A stretch of 64,000 bases of DNA from an uncultured Brevinematales bacterium (GCA_964591955.1 CAZQBT010000004.1:4988-68987), one strand, 5' to 3'. Shown: positions 53,030 to 62,440, counted from the stretch's first letter. A program made the numbers and translations. The notes: generated by a model not told the origin, from the letters alone.

Positions 53030-54268
53030 TTGAATAACGGATTTATCAAAAACACCTTATACAGCAGCATCGGTTTCGTTATCCTTATTATTTGTAATTT
53101 CGGGTTTAATTTTTTTGTGGCGCGCACAATGGGAGCGGAGACCTACGGTATATTTATGTCTTTTTTTTACCTCTTAATCGCATTCGTTATCCCGATAAAT
53201 TCGCTTCAGCTTGCCGTAGCAAAATATACTGCAGAAAGAAATTATACCGTCAAAGAGGCGATTAACCACATTTCCCCCTCGCTATGGATTATAGGCGCGA
53301 TTGCTTTCGCGGGTTTTTCCTTAGCCTCGCCCATACTAAAGAATATCTATAACCTGCCTACCGTAGCCGACCCTATAATCGGAGGCGCGGTTATACTTAT
53401 GTGGAGCGTTTTAGCGGGGTATCGAGGGATATATCAGGGCATTTTAGATTTCCGCGCTTACGGGTTCAGTATGGGCACAGAGGGCATACTTCGCGCGGGT
53501 TTCGGCGTTTTGTTTGTTCTTATCGGATGGAATATATCCGGTGCGCTCGGCGCTTCCGTAGTCAGCGGGTTTTTAGCTGTTTTCATACTTATAATCCCCG
53601 CACTGAAGAAATTTACAATCAAAAAACCTTTGATAGATAAAGAAATACTCAAAGAATATCTCAAAGCGCTTGCAATACTTCTTCCGTTCGGAATACTTAT
53701 GAATCTCGACTTAACCCTTATTCAAAACGTTATCGGCGGGAAAGTTTCGGGATATGTCTCCTCCTGCGGGCTTTTCGGTAAAAACCTTGTTACGCTTGCA
53801 ATGGTTTTTGCCAATGTGGTTTTCTCTTATGCTTTAAAGAAAAAAGGCTCGACTATATGGTGGGGTATCCTGTTTACCGCAGGGGTATTCGGCATAAGCG
53901 CATTGTTATTTGTCTTTATGGGGGATCAGATAGTGAATCTGCTGTTCGGCGCGGAGTATGCTATGAAAATACCGTTTCGGGGTGAGGCTTTCTCCGTTAT
54001 AGAGCTTCTTCCTCTTTATACTGTCGCCACTTTACCTATCGGGATTATGCAACAGGCGGTTAATTACGCCATTGCTAAAGATATTCGCTTAATAAAAATA
54101 CTGCTTTGGGTTTTTCTCGCTATACTTATCCCGCTTTACTATTATTTACTGACCATCCTGCCGGTAACATCCTTTCTTATAGCATCAACTATTATAATTT
54201 TTGCTATGAGTGCAATATTGCTTTTGATTATATACATTTTTTCATCAAAAAAACAATTTACCCATTGA
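53030..54268 (+). CDS. polysaccharide/oligosaccharide flippase (MOP/Wzx-like) membrane protein
   Basis: 412 aa, about 12 TM; TTG start after AAGGAG. Family call is from topology and composition only. Confidence 0.55.
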   Translation: MNNGFIKNTLYSSIGFVILIICNFGFNFFVARTMGAETYGIFMSFFYLLIAFVIPINSLQLAVAKYTAERNYTVKEAINHISPSLWIIGAIAFAGFSLASPILKNIYNLPTVADPIIGGAVILMWSVLAGYRGIYQGILDFRAYGFSMGTEGILRAGFGVLFVLIGWNISGALGASVVSGFLAVFILIIPALKKFTIKKPLIDKEILKEYLKALAILLPFGILMNLDLTLIQNVIGGKVSGYVSSCGLFGKNLVTLAMVFANVVFSYALKKKGSTIWWGILFTAGVFGISALLFVFMGDQIVNLLFGAEYAMKIPFRGEAFSVIELLPLYTVATLPIGIMQQAVNYAIAKDIRLIKILLWVFLAILIPLYYYLLTILPVTSFLIASTIIIFAMSAILLLIIYIFSSKKQFTH

Positions 54269-54342
54269 CTAATTTATTAGATAAGTTACAATATTTACCG
54301 TATGAGCGAGGCTTATAGTCTTTAAACAGGAAAAGAGTAATT

Positions 54343-54957
54343 ATGAAAGAGACGGGAGAAAAAAATATGAGGAAAGGAAAAATCGAGCGCAAAACTCGTG
54401 AAACCCATATTGAGGTGAAAGCTGAGCTTGACGGAACCGGAAAATACGACATCAACACAGGTATTGGTTTTTTCAACCACATGCTTGAAACAATATCCCG
54501 TCATAGCCTCATTGACCTTTCCGTAAACGGAAGCGGAGACCTTAAAGTCGATTTTCACCACATGGTGGAAGATACCGCAATAACTATCGGAAAAGCAATA
54601 ATGCAGGCTCTCGGCGATAAAAAGGGTATCCGCAGGTTTTCAAGCGCTGTCGTTCCGCTTGATGAGGCTCTTGCAGAAGCCGTAATAGATATTAGCGGAA
54701 GACCTCATCTTGAAACCAACCTGACCGAGTTTGAAGGTCAAATCGGAGAGTTTAACGTTGAACTCGGCGAGGTGTTTTTCAGCGGGTTTGCAAGCGAGGG
54801 TTACACTATTCATATACAAGTCAAATCCGGCAAAAATCTGCATCATATCCTTGAAGCCTGCTTTAAGGCTTTTGCAATAGCTCTGCGAAACGCGGTGGAA
54901 ATAGACGACAGGCGCGGAGATTCTATCCCGTCAACCAAAGAGTATATAGAAGGATAA
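54343..54957 (+). CDS. hisB: imidazoleglycerol-phosphate dehydratase
   Basis: RKTRETHIEV...GIGFFNHML...DLKVDFHHMVEDTAI. Start is 54343 or 54367. Confidence 0.93.
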   Translation: MKETGEKNMRKGKIERKTRETHIEVKAELDGTGKYDINTGIGFFNHMLETISRHSLIDLSVNGSGDLKVDFHHMVEDTAITIGKAIMQALGDKKGIRRFSSAVVPLDEALAEAVIDISGRPHLETNLTEFEGQIGEFNVELGEVFFSGFASEGYTIHIQVKSGKNLHHILEACFKAFAIALRNAVEIDDRRGDSIPSTKEYIEG

Positions 54958-54963
54958 AAACCG

Positions 54964-55578
54964 ATGATCGCCATTATTGACTACGGGATGGGCAATCTTG
55001 CAAGCGTATATAATGCCTTTAACAAAGTCGGGGCAACGGATATTAAAATCACTTCCGACCCCGATGAAATAAGCAAAGCGGATAAACTTGTGCTTCCGGG
55101 TGTCGGCGCTTTTGAGGATGCTATGAAAAACCTCAAAGCAGGCAACCTGATTATACCTATCCTTGAATCCGTTGATATGGGCAAGCCCTTTTTGGGAATT
55201 TGTCTCGGGTTTCAGCTTGTGTTTGAGAAAAGCTATGAAAACGGGGTGTTTGAAGGCTTGGGGATTTTTAAGGGCGAGGTTGTCCGTTTTAATATTGACG
55301 AGCCGGTGCCTCATATAGGGTGGAACGAGGCTGAATTTTGTAAAGTCTCGCCTTTATCCGATGGTTTAAGCGGGTCGGTTTATTTTTATTTCGACCACTC
55401 ATATTATCCCGTGCCGAAAGATAAAGATATTATCTGCGCCGTTACCGGTTACGAAACAAAGTTCGCCTCGGTAATAAACAGGGATAATATCTACGCCGTT
55501 CAATTCCACCCCGAAAAAAGCCATACGAACGGTTTAAAGATAATAGCAAATTTTGCCGAACTCGGCACTATATTATAG
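54964..55578 (+). CDS. hisH: imidazole glycerol phosphate synthase, glutamine amidotransferase subunit
   Basis: IAIIDYGMGNLASV, GICLGFQ, QFHPEKS. Confidence 0.95.
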   Translation: MIAIIDYGMGNLASVYNAFNKVGATDIKITSDPDEISKADKLVLPGVGAFEDAMKNLKAGNLIIPILESVDMGKPFLGICLGFQLVFEKSYENGVFEGLGIFKGEVVRFNIDEPVPHIGWNEAEFCKVSPLSDGLSGSVYFYFDHSYYPVPKDKDIICAVTGYETKFASVINRDNIYAVQFHPEKSHTNGLKIIANFAELGTIL

Positions 55579-55592
55579 AAAGGAGTTTTCCA

Positions 55593-56312
55593 ATGCTTAT
55601 TATTCCGGCAATTGATATCAAAGACAAGAAATGCGTAAGATTGGTTCATGGAAACCCCGAATTTGAAACCGTATATTCCACCGAACCGGTTTTTCAGGCT
55701 AAATTCTGGGAAAGAGAGGGCGCTAAGCGTTTACATATAGTCGATTTGGACGGTGCTTTTGAGGGAAAAACCAAAAACCTTGATATTATCCAGCGTATTG
55801 TCGAAGAGGTGAAAATCACCGTTGAGGTCGGAGGCGGTATTCGTGATAACCGTATAATCCGCGCCCTGAAAAATCGCGGGGTTCACAAAATCATTATCGG
55901 AACCGCCGCTGTCGAAAACAAAAAATTTATCAAAAATCTCTGCAAAAACGACGCATCTATGATTATCGTTTCGATAGACGCGGCGGACGGGTTTGTCGCT
56001 AAAAAGGGATGGAAAGAAATCACCAACAAGCGCGCCGTTGACTTGGTCAAGGAGCTTGAGGAGTTCGGCGTTACCGAGGTTATCTATACCGATATATACC
56101 GCGACGGCACTCTTGAGGGGCCTAACTACGACTCTATCGAAACTATGCTTACCGTTACCGAAATCCCTATTATCGTATCGGGAGGCATTTCCCGTCTTGA
56201 TGACCTGAAGCGTCTCAAGGAATTTGAGTCGATGGGGCTTCACGGAGTCATTATCGGGAAGGCGCTTTATGAAGGAAAATTCAAGCTGTCCGAGGCATTG
56301 CGCTACGAATAG
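55593..56312 (+). CDS. hisA: ProFAR isomerase
   Basis: IIPAIDIKDKKCVRLVHG...LHIVDLDGA...GGGIRD...SGGIS. Confidence 0.9.
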   Translation: MLIIPAIDIKDKKCVRLVHGNPEFETVYSTEPVFQAKFWEREGAKRLHIVDLDGAFEGKTKNLDIIQRIVEEVKITVEVGGGIRDNRIIRALKNRGVHKIIIGTAAVENKKFIKNLCKNDASMIIVSIDAADGFVAKKGWKEITNKRAVDLVKELEEFGVTEVIYTDIYRDGTLEGPNYDSIETMLTVTEIPIIVSGGISRLDDLKRLKEFESMGLHGVIIGKALYEGKFKLSEALRYE

Positions 56313-56351
56313 AGCGACTGCGCCGCCTTTATACTTATTAACGGAGGGGAT

Positions 56352-57482
56352 ATGAGGTTTAAATTTTTTATCTTAATTATCTCGGCGTTTTGTGTTGCAT
56401 CCTGTTCGGCGACAGGCAGAGACCTTCGCACCTCGGCAAGAGCGGGCAATCTTCGCGGGGTGAACAGGAGTCTCCGTCTCGGTGTCGAGGTGGACTCGCA
56501 GGACGGCAACAAGCTCACCGCGCTTCATCTTGCTACACATAACGCGCATATCCATATAGTCGATACGCTTATCCGAAAAGGTGCTAATATCAATATCGGG
56601 GATATAGAGGGCAAATCCCCGTTGCATATAGCAAGCGTCGGAAATCATCGCGATATAGCCGTGAAACTTATAGAAAACGGCGCGGATATCAATATCGGCG
56701 ACAAGTTTATGAACACCCCGCTCCATCTCGCCGCATACCACGACAGCCTTGAAACCGCAAGCCTGCTTATTGAAAGGGGCGCGGATATTGAGGCAAAGGC
56801 GAAGGACGGGAAAACCCCGCTGATGATGGCTTGCTTTATGGATAATACCGCGACCGCCTCGCTATTGTTGGATAAAAACGCCGATATATCCGCGATGGAT
56901 TTATCGCGAAACACGCCTTTGCATATTGCATCCTCACGGGGAAATTTTGATACGGTCAAGCTTCTGATTGAGCGGGGCGCGGATTTAGGCGCACGCGCCG
57001 TTATGGAAAACACTCCTCTTCATCTGGCATCGGGAGCAAGCAATTTAAGCACCGTAGAATTTCTTATCGGGAAGGGCGCGGATATTAATATCAAAAACCT
57101 GCATGGGGTTTCGCCGATACATACCGCATCATTCTACGGGCAGACAAAGATTGTCGAATTTTTTATATCGGAGGGGGTTGATGTCAACCTGCCGACCGAT
57201 GACGGAAAAACGCCGCTTCATATTGCCGCTTTTGCCGACAGCGTTGATGTCGCAAGAATACTTATAGCAAACGGCGCGAATGTAAAAGCCGTTAATCGTT
57301 TCGGGATGACACCCCTGCATTTCGCCTCGCTTAACGGAGATGTCGGTATTATAAAGCTCCTGCTTGAAAACGGCGCGGATATTAACGCCGCCGACCGCGA
57401 CAACTCAACCCCTCTGTTATACGCGCAGGAAAGGAAATATAACCCCGTTATAGATTTTCTTATCGAAATGGGCGCAAAATAA
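56352..57482 (+). CDS. ankyrin-repeat lipoprotein (about 10 ANK repeats)
   Basis: Lipobox FCVASC. Repeated G(K/N)TPLH.A...G....V..L...GADIN units. Confidence 0.9.
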   Translation: MRFKFFILIISAFCVASCSATGRDLRTSARAGNLRGVNRSLRLGVEVDSQDGNKLTALHLATHNAHIHIVDTLIRKGANINIGDIEGKSPLHIASVGNHRDIAVKLIENGADINIGDKFMNTPLHLAAYHDSLETASLLIERGADIEAKAKDGKTPLMMACFMDNTATASLLLDKNADISAMDLSRNTPLHIASSRGNFDTVKLLIERGADLGARAVMENTPLHLASGASNLSTVEFLIGKGADINIKNLHGVSPIHTASFYGQTKIVEFFISEGVDVNLPTDDGKTPLHIAAFADSVDVARILIANGANVKAVNRFGMTPLHFASLNGDVGIIKLLLENGADINAADRDNSTPLLYAQERKYNPVIDFLIEMGAK

Positions 57483-57554
57483 ATTTATCGTTTCCCGTTA
57501 CCTTTTCGCTGTCTCCTCGTATATTTATACAAATATTAATTCGAGGAGAAAAAG

Positions 57555-59261
57555 ATGAAAAGACAATTGTTGAAAATCGGTTTTGCCCTTTATATCGGGG
57601 CAATTATTGTGTTAGCGGGGTGCGCCGTTCAAGGCTCAACCAAAGCAGACGACTCTCAAACCAAAACCTCACAGGAAAAACCCGTAACTACAACGGAGCA
57701 TAGGACATTGGATTATATGCCTCAACCTGCGGAACGGGTAAAACTCGGTATGAGGTCACGGCAATATGAAGAAAGCGCCGTTTACGACACAAGCGGATTG
57801 TATGTTGCGCCGCCCGCCCCTGATTTAGACACTCCATCATACGACTATTACCATAATACTGAGGAGTATCTGCGTATTAATGATAACCCGTTCCTTGAAA
57901 CGGTAAAAAATCCGCTTTCCACGTTTTCAATCGACGTGGATACTGCATCCTATGCCAATATGCGACGTTTTCTCAATATGGGGCAGTTGCCGTATAAGGA
58001 CGCCGTCCGTATTGAGGAATTGATTAACTATTTCACCTACGACTACCCCGACCCCGACGGCGAACATCCGTTTAGTTTCACAAGCGAATTATCATCAGCG
58101 CCGTGGAACCCCGAAAACCGTCTCCTTCATATCGGGATACAGGGACAACGTGTCGATGTTAAAGACCTTCCCCCGAACAATCTCGTTTTTCTTATAGACG
58201 TGTCGGGTTCGATGTATCCGCCTAACAGGCTTCCGCTCGCCGTATCCTCGCTGAAGATGCTTGTTGAAAATCTCCGCCCCATTGACAAAATATCTATTGT
58301 GGTTTATGCGGGGGCGGCGGGGCTTGTCCTTCCCCCGACATCGGGAAAAGACAAAAACATCATATTAGACGCTCTTGACCGTTTAAGCGCGGGAGGTTCT
58401 ACCGCCGGCGGCGCAGGTATCCGTCTTGCATACCAAGTCGCAGAGGAAAACTATGACCCTGAAGCAAATAACCGCGTGATTCTCGTAACGGACGGTGATT
58501 TCAACGTGGGCGTCTCCTCCACCTCCGAGCTTGAAAGATTAATCGAGGAAAAACGCCAAACCGGGGTTTATCTTACTATCCTCGGTTTCGGGATGGGCAA
58601 CTACAAGGACAACCGTATGAAAACCCTCTCCGAAAAAGGCAACGGCAATTACGCATATATCGACAATTTCCTTGAGGCAAAGAAGGTGCTTGTAACCGAG
58701 ATGGGCGGAACGCTTTTAAGTATCGCAAAGGACGTTAAGATACAAATAGAGTTTAACCCCGCCAAGGTGGAATCATACCGTCTTATCGGGTATGAAAGAA
58801 GGGTAATGCGCGCGGAGGATTTCGATAACGACAAAAAAGACGCGGGCGAACTCGGCGCAGGACACAGCGTTACCGCGCTTTACGAAATTGTCCCCGCCAA
58901 GAATGGTTCCGCTAAAAACGAACTTAAATATCAGACCACCGAAATTAATGACACGGCGTTTGCCTCCGATGAGATTATGACAATCAAGTTCAGGTATAAA
59001 CCTCCGACTTCCGACATAAGCAAACTCGTAACTGTCCCCGTGCGCGATAATCCATTACCGCTTAACGCCACAAGCGACAATTTCCGCTTCAGCGCATCTG
59101 TGGCATCTTTCGGGATGATACTCCGCGATTCGGAACATAAAGGAAATTTCAATTTCGACAAGGTCGCCGACTTGGCTAAAACCTCACTCGGCGAGGATGA
59201 ATACGGTTACAGACGCGAGTTTGTCCGTCTTGTTCAAACCGCAAAGGGTTTAAGCAGATAA
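57555..59261 (+). CDS. von Willebrand factor A domain lipoprotein (YfbK-like, vWA + DUF3520-type C-terminus)
   Basis: Lipobox VLAGC. STFSIDVDTASYANMRRF. MIDAS DVSGSM...GSTAGG...VTDGD. Confidence 0.85.
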   Translation: MKRQLLKIGFALYIGAIIVLAGCAVQGSTKADDSQTKTSQEKPVTTTEHRTLDYMPQPAERVKLGMRSRQYEESAVYDTSGLYVAPPAPDLDTPSYDYYHNTEEYLRINDNPFLETVKNPLSTFSIDVDTASYANMRRFLNMGQLPYKDAVRIEELINYFTYDYPDPDGEHPFSFTSELSSAPWNPENRLLHIGIQGQRVDVKDLPPNNLVFLIDVSGSMYPPNRLPLAVSSLKMLVENLRPIDKISIVVYAGAAGLVLPPTSGKDKNIILDALDRLSAGGSTAGGAGIRLAYQVAEENYDPEANNRVILVTDGDFNVGVSSTSELERLIEEKRQTGVYLTILGFGMGNYKDNRMKTLSEKGNGNYAYIDNFLEAKKVLVTEMGGTLLSIAKDVKIQIEFNPAKVESYRLIGYERRVMRAEDFDNDKKDAGELGAGHSVTALYEIVPAKNGSAKNELKYQTTEINDTAFASDEIMTIKFRYKPPTSDISKLVTVPVRDNPLPLNATSDNFRFSASVASFGMILRDSEHKGNFNFDKVADLAKTSLGEDEYGYRREFVRLVQTAKGLSR

Positions 59262-59282
59262 TTTAATTTTCCCTACCTCACG

Positions 59283-59311
59283 CCCCGTTTCGATTTGAAA
59301 CGGGGTTTTTT
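59283..59311 (+). terminator. rho-independent terminator
   Basis: CCCCGTTTC-GATTT-GAAACGGGG-TTTTTT. Confidence 0.85.
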
Positions 59312-59357
59312 CTTTGATAAATTATCCAGATATAGAATACAACAATCCGCATAAAAA

Positions 59358-59386
59358 TTGACTGATAACCGGCAATAGCTTAAACT
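59358..59386 (+). promoter_or_regulatory. candidate promoter of the hicB-hicA remnant
   Basis: TTGACT-N17-TAAACT. Confidence 0.4.
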
Positions 59387-59423
59387 AAATTAGAGAAAAT
59401 AAATACCATAAAAGCATATAACT

Positions 59424-59638
59424 ATGTCCCCAACATTTATCTCAATAGAGAAAAGGGCGAGATTTTTTATATCGGGTATTACCCTGAAGCTCCCGGCGCT
59501 AACGGGCAGGGTAAAGCCGTTGAGGAATATCTTGAAAGTCTTAAAGAGGCTGTTAAGTTAATCCTTCAGGATAGAATCGAGGATGCGCTTAGAGGAATCC
59601 CCGATGATGCTATCCGCGAAACTGTGGTTATTGAATGA
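59424..59638 (+). pseudogene. hicB: HicB-family antitoxin, frameshifted
   Basis: ATG at 59424 reads MSPTFISIEK. The HicB-like body (GEIFYIGYYPEAPGANGQGKAVEEYLESLKEAVKLIL...VVIE*) is in the -1 frame. The switch point is the A4 run at 59451-59454. Confidence 0.65.
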
Positions 59639-59830
59639 AGCGAGAGAGAGATTTTTGCAACATTGCGGTATTACGGATGTATCCTCAAGCGGGAAGGCGC
59701 AAAACATTCGTTATATCAAAACCCCCTAAACGGAAAGATTGAAACTATCCCAAGACACCCCGACATTGACGACAGGCTTGCCGATAAAATTTGCAAGGGC
59801 TTGGGAATCCCTCCCGCTAAGAAAAAATAA
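59635..59830 (+). pseudogene. hicA: HicA-family mRNA interferase toxin, frameshifted in a (GA)5 tract
   Basis: ATGA-coupled ATG at 59635 reads MKRER. The HicA body (EIFATLRYYGCILKREGAKHSLYQNPLNGKIETIPRHPDIDDRLADKICKGLGIPP) is in the +1 frame. (GA)5 lies at 59642-59651, and (GA)6 would restore the ORF. Confidence 0.65.
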
Positions 59831-59862
59831 CTTAAATCCATACCTCAATTGCGGAGTTTTAT

Positions 59863-60534
59863 ATGTGTTGCAGATACCATCGCACGTCAAACCCCGACGA
59901 CATAACCCTTCCCTTCAAGGTAAGCGAAGACGCGGGCAAAGCAAAAAACGGGTATAATATCGCGCCGGGAAATAATATCCTCGCAATAGCTTTCGATAAA
60001 ATAACCGGCGGTTTTGTGTGGATTACGCCGAGATGGGGTTTTAAAGCGGGAACGGGCAAAGGAATTATTCTTCCCAATGCCCGCGCCGAAACGGTCAACA
60101 CTAAACAATCTTTCAAAGCGGCATTTTGTTCCAAGCGATGCGCTATTATCGCCGACGGGTTTTACGAATGGAATAAATCCAAGACGCCGTTTTATTTTAC
60201 TTTAAAATCCAAGCATCCCTTTACAATGGCGGGTCTATACCGCGAGGACACCGGTTCGCTATCCTGTGTGATAATAACGGTCAGCCCGAATACGCTTATG
60301 GAAAAAATCCACAACAGGATGCCGTCTTTAATACGGTCTGATGATATAACAAAATGGCTTAGCCCCGATACGGAAAATCACAGCGACCTGCTCGCATTAC
60401 TAAAACCTTACCGCACGGAGGATATGAATTGCGTTGAGATGTCTAAATACGTAAATTCGGTAAAAAACGAGGGGGAAAAGTGTATTATGCCTGTTAAACC
60501 ACGACAAGAGGATTTTTTATTTAATTCCGACTAA
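59863..60534 (+). CDS. SOS response-associated peptidase (SRAP/YedK, abasic-site DNA-protein crosslink former)
   Basis: N-terminal MC(C)RY with catalytic Cys2; FYEW; HNRMP motif. Confidence 0.85.
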   Translation: MCCRYHRTSNPDDITLPFKVSEDAGKAKNGYNIAPGNNILAIAFDKITGGFVWITPRWGFKAGTGKGIILPNARAETVNTKQSFKAAFCSKRCAIIADGFYEWNKSKTPFYFTLKSKHPFTMAGLYREDTGSLSCVIITVSPNTLMEKIHNRMPSLIRSDDITKWLSPDTENHSDLLALLKPYRTEDMNCVEMSKYVNSVKNEGEKCIMPVKPRQEDFLFNSD

Positions 60535-60569
60535 GAATAAGCAAAAATAGCCGAAAAAACCACCTTTCA

Positions 60570-60599
60570 TTGGACAAAATTTAAAAACTTGTTTATAAT
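60570..60599 (+). promoter_or_regulatory. candidate promoter of the Kelch-mtgA gene string
   Basis: TTGGAC-N18-TATAAT. Confidence 0.35.
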
Positions 60600-60653
60600 G
60601 TTATCCGCTAATTGTTTGTAATTACCGCAAAGAGCCCCGAACAGGAGGGGAAA

Positions 60654-61631
60654 ATGAAGAATGTTTTTGTTTTAGCCTCAATAGCCTTATGTCTCCCTTT
60701 GCTTGGAGGTTTTTATTTTAGATGGCAAAAAGAAGTATCGGATGCGCTTGAACATCAGCAGTGGATAGAAATGGTGGAAACCGCGCCGTTTGAAGCCCGC
60801 GCATTGCACTCAACGGTAGTCTATAAAAACAAGTTGTGGGTTATAGGGGGATGGGACGGACAAAGTGTCAAACCGGATATCTGGTATTCAAGCGACGGGA
60901 AAAACTGGAAGGTTGCGCGAAGCAATGCTCCGTTCGGAGGAAGAGCCGGGCATTCCGCCGTCGTTTTCAATAACAGGCTTTGGGTTATCGGGGGTATCTA
61001 TCTTGATAAAAGCAATAATTTCCGCGACCTGAACGATGTCTGGGTTTCCGATGACGGCATAAACTGGTCGCGCGTAACCCGCAACGCGGGTTTCTCCTCA
61101 CGCGGAGGACAAAGTGCAGTTGTTTTCGATAATAAGCTATGGATTATAGGCGGTGTCGCTAATCGCGGAGATGTATGGTATTCGCGAGACGGGGTCAACT
61201 GGAAAACGGCGGTTAAAGATAACCCCTTGCTCAGACGTGCCGGTCATTCGGCTTTCGTTTTCGATAATAAAATCTGGATTTTGGGCGGGTTCGGGATAGA
61301 TAATAATAACGACTTCTTCCAATACTCCGACCTCCTGTATAGCGAAAACGGAATCGACTGGGAAACCGCATCACAGACTAAAAACCTTGTAGCCAACTCG
61401 GGACATTCGGCGGTAGTCTTTAACGACAAAATCTGGGTTATCGGCGGTTTCCGTATGAACGGAAAAGTTATCCACTCCGAAGATGCTATCGAATGGAAAA
61501 TATCCTCGCTGCTTTCCCCATACGGAGAACGTATCGGACACACATCCGCGGTTTTCAATAATAAAATCTGGATTATCGGCGGGAATGACTGGAAAGAAAA
61601 CCGAAATGATGTATGGACACTCGGCGGTTAA
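60654..61631 (+). CDS. Kelch-repeat beta-propeller protein with N-terminal signal/anchor
   Basis: Start moved to MKNVFVLASIAL (AGGAGGGGAAA-ATG). Six repeats of the type GHSAVVF(N/D)NK(L/I)W(V/I)IGG. Confidence 0.85.
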   Translation: MKNVFVLASIALCLPLLGGFYFRWQKEVSDALEHQQWIEMVETAPFEARALHSTVVYKNKLWVIGGWDGQSVKPDIWYSSDGKNWKVARSNAPFGGRAGHSAVVFNNRLWVIGGIYLDKSNNFRDLNDVWVSDDGINWSRVTRNAGFSSRGGQSAVVFDNKLWIIGGVANRGDVWYSRDGVNWKTAVKDNPLLRRAGHSAFVFDNKIWILGGFGIDNNNDFFQYSDLLYSENGIDWETASQTKNLVANSGHSAVVFNDKIWVIGGFRMNGKVIHSEDAIEWKISSLLSPYGERIGHTSAVFNNKIWIIGGNDWKENRNDVWTLGG

Positions 61632-61640
61632 GGGGGTTTT

Positions 61641-62363
61641 ATGAAAGATAATGAATTAAAAGACAAAATCAAGGTTTTTATCAAATACACTGTCCGCACT
61701 TTATTCTTTTTTCATATAGGATTGGCTTTGCTTTTTATGGGATTCGGGCTTTATCTTAGAAAAAATCATTTTTCCATAACTACAATTATGCTGTATCGCG
61801 AAAAGGTTTTCACTCATAATATTAAGCCGATTGAATTTATCCCGCTTGATGAGATACCCGATGCAGTAGTAAAATCCGTGATTTTTGCCGAGGATTCAAA
61901 TTTCTATTCTCATCACGGGATAGATTTCGGGGCGCTCATTTTATCTTATTTTGCAAACAGGCGACTCGGATACCGTTTCTACGGGGGAAGCACTATCACT
62001 CAACAACTCTCCAGAACTCTTTTTTTAATTCCAAAGCGAACTCTTGTAAGAAAGTATTTTGAGGTTATTATCGCGGTGAGCTTGGAAACGGTTTTACCTA
62101 AGGACAGGATTCTTGAACTCTATCTAAATTCCTGCGAATGGGGCAAAGGGGTTTTCGGTATAGGTCAGGCTTCGGAATATTATTTCGGGAAACCCGCTTC
62201 ACGGCTATCTCTTGATGAATATACCCGTCTCGTAACCATACTTCCCAGCCCGCTTAAATACTCTCCCTATACCTTTGAGAATAACTCATTCCTTAACAAC
62301 CGTTATATTTATTCCAAATTCCGTCATTACACTTTTGAAAAATTCCACGGCGAAAACAACTAA
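61641..62363 (+). CDS. mtgA: monofunctional biosynthetic peptidoglycan transglycosylase (GT51)
   Basis: EDSNFYSHHGIDF, GGSTITQQL, RILELYLN. Confidence 0.9.
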   Translation: MKDNELKDKIKVFIKYTVRTLFFFHIGLALLFMGFGLYLRKNHFSITTIMLYREKVFTHNIKPIEFIPLDEIPDAVVKSVIFAEDSNFYSHHGIDFGALILSYFANRRLGYRFYGGSTITQQLSRTLFLIPKRTLVRKYFEVIIAVSLETVLPKDRILELYLNSCEWGKGVFGIGQASEYYFGKPASRLSLDEYTRLVTILPSPLKYSPYTFENNSFLNNRYIYSKFRHYTFEKFHGENN

Positions 62364-62440
62364 AAAACAGCTTTAAAACCGTTCTTATTTTTCATTTCTT
62401 TCCGATATTAAAAATAAGAAGATTTGATATCGGAGGACAA

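Noticed and set aside
59739-59957. 72-aa ORF bridging hicA and the SRAP gene
   Set aside because: It is out of frame with both recognisable genes and crosses the intergenic RBS of the SRAP gene.
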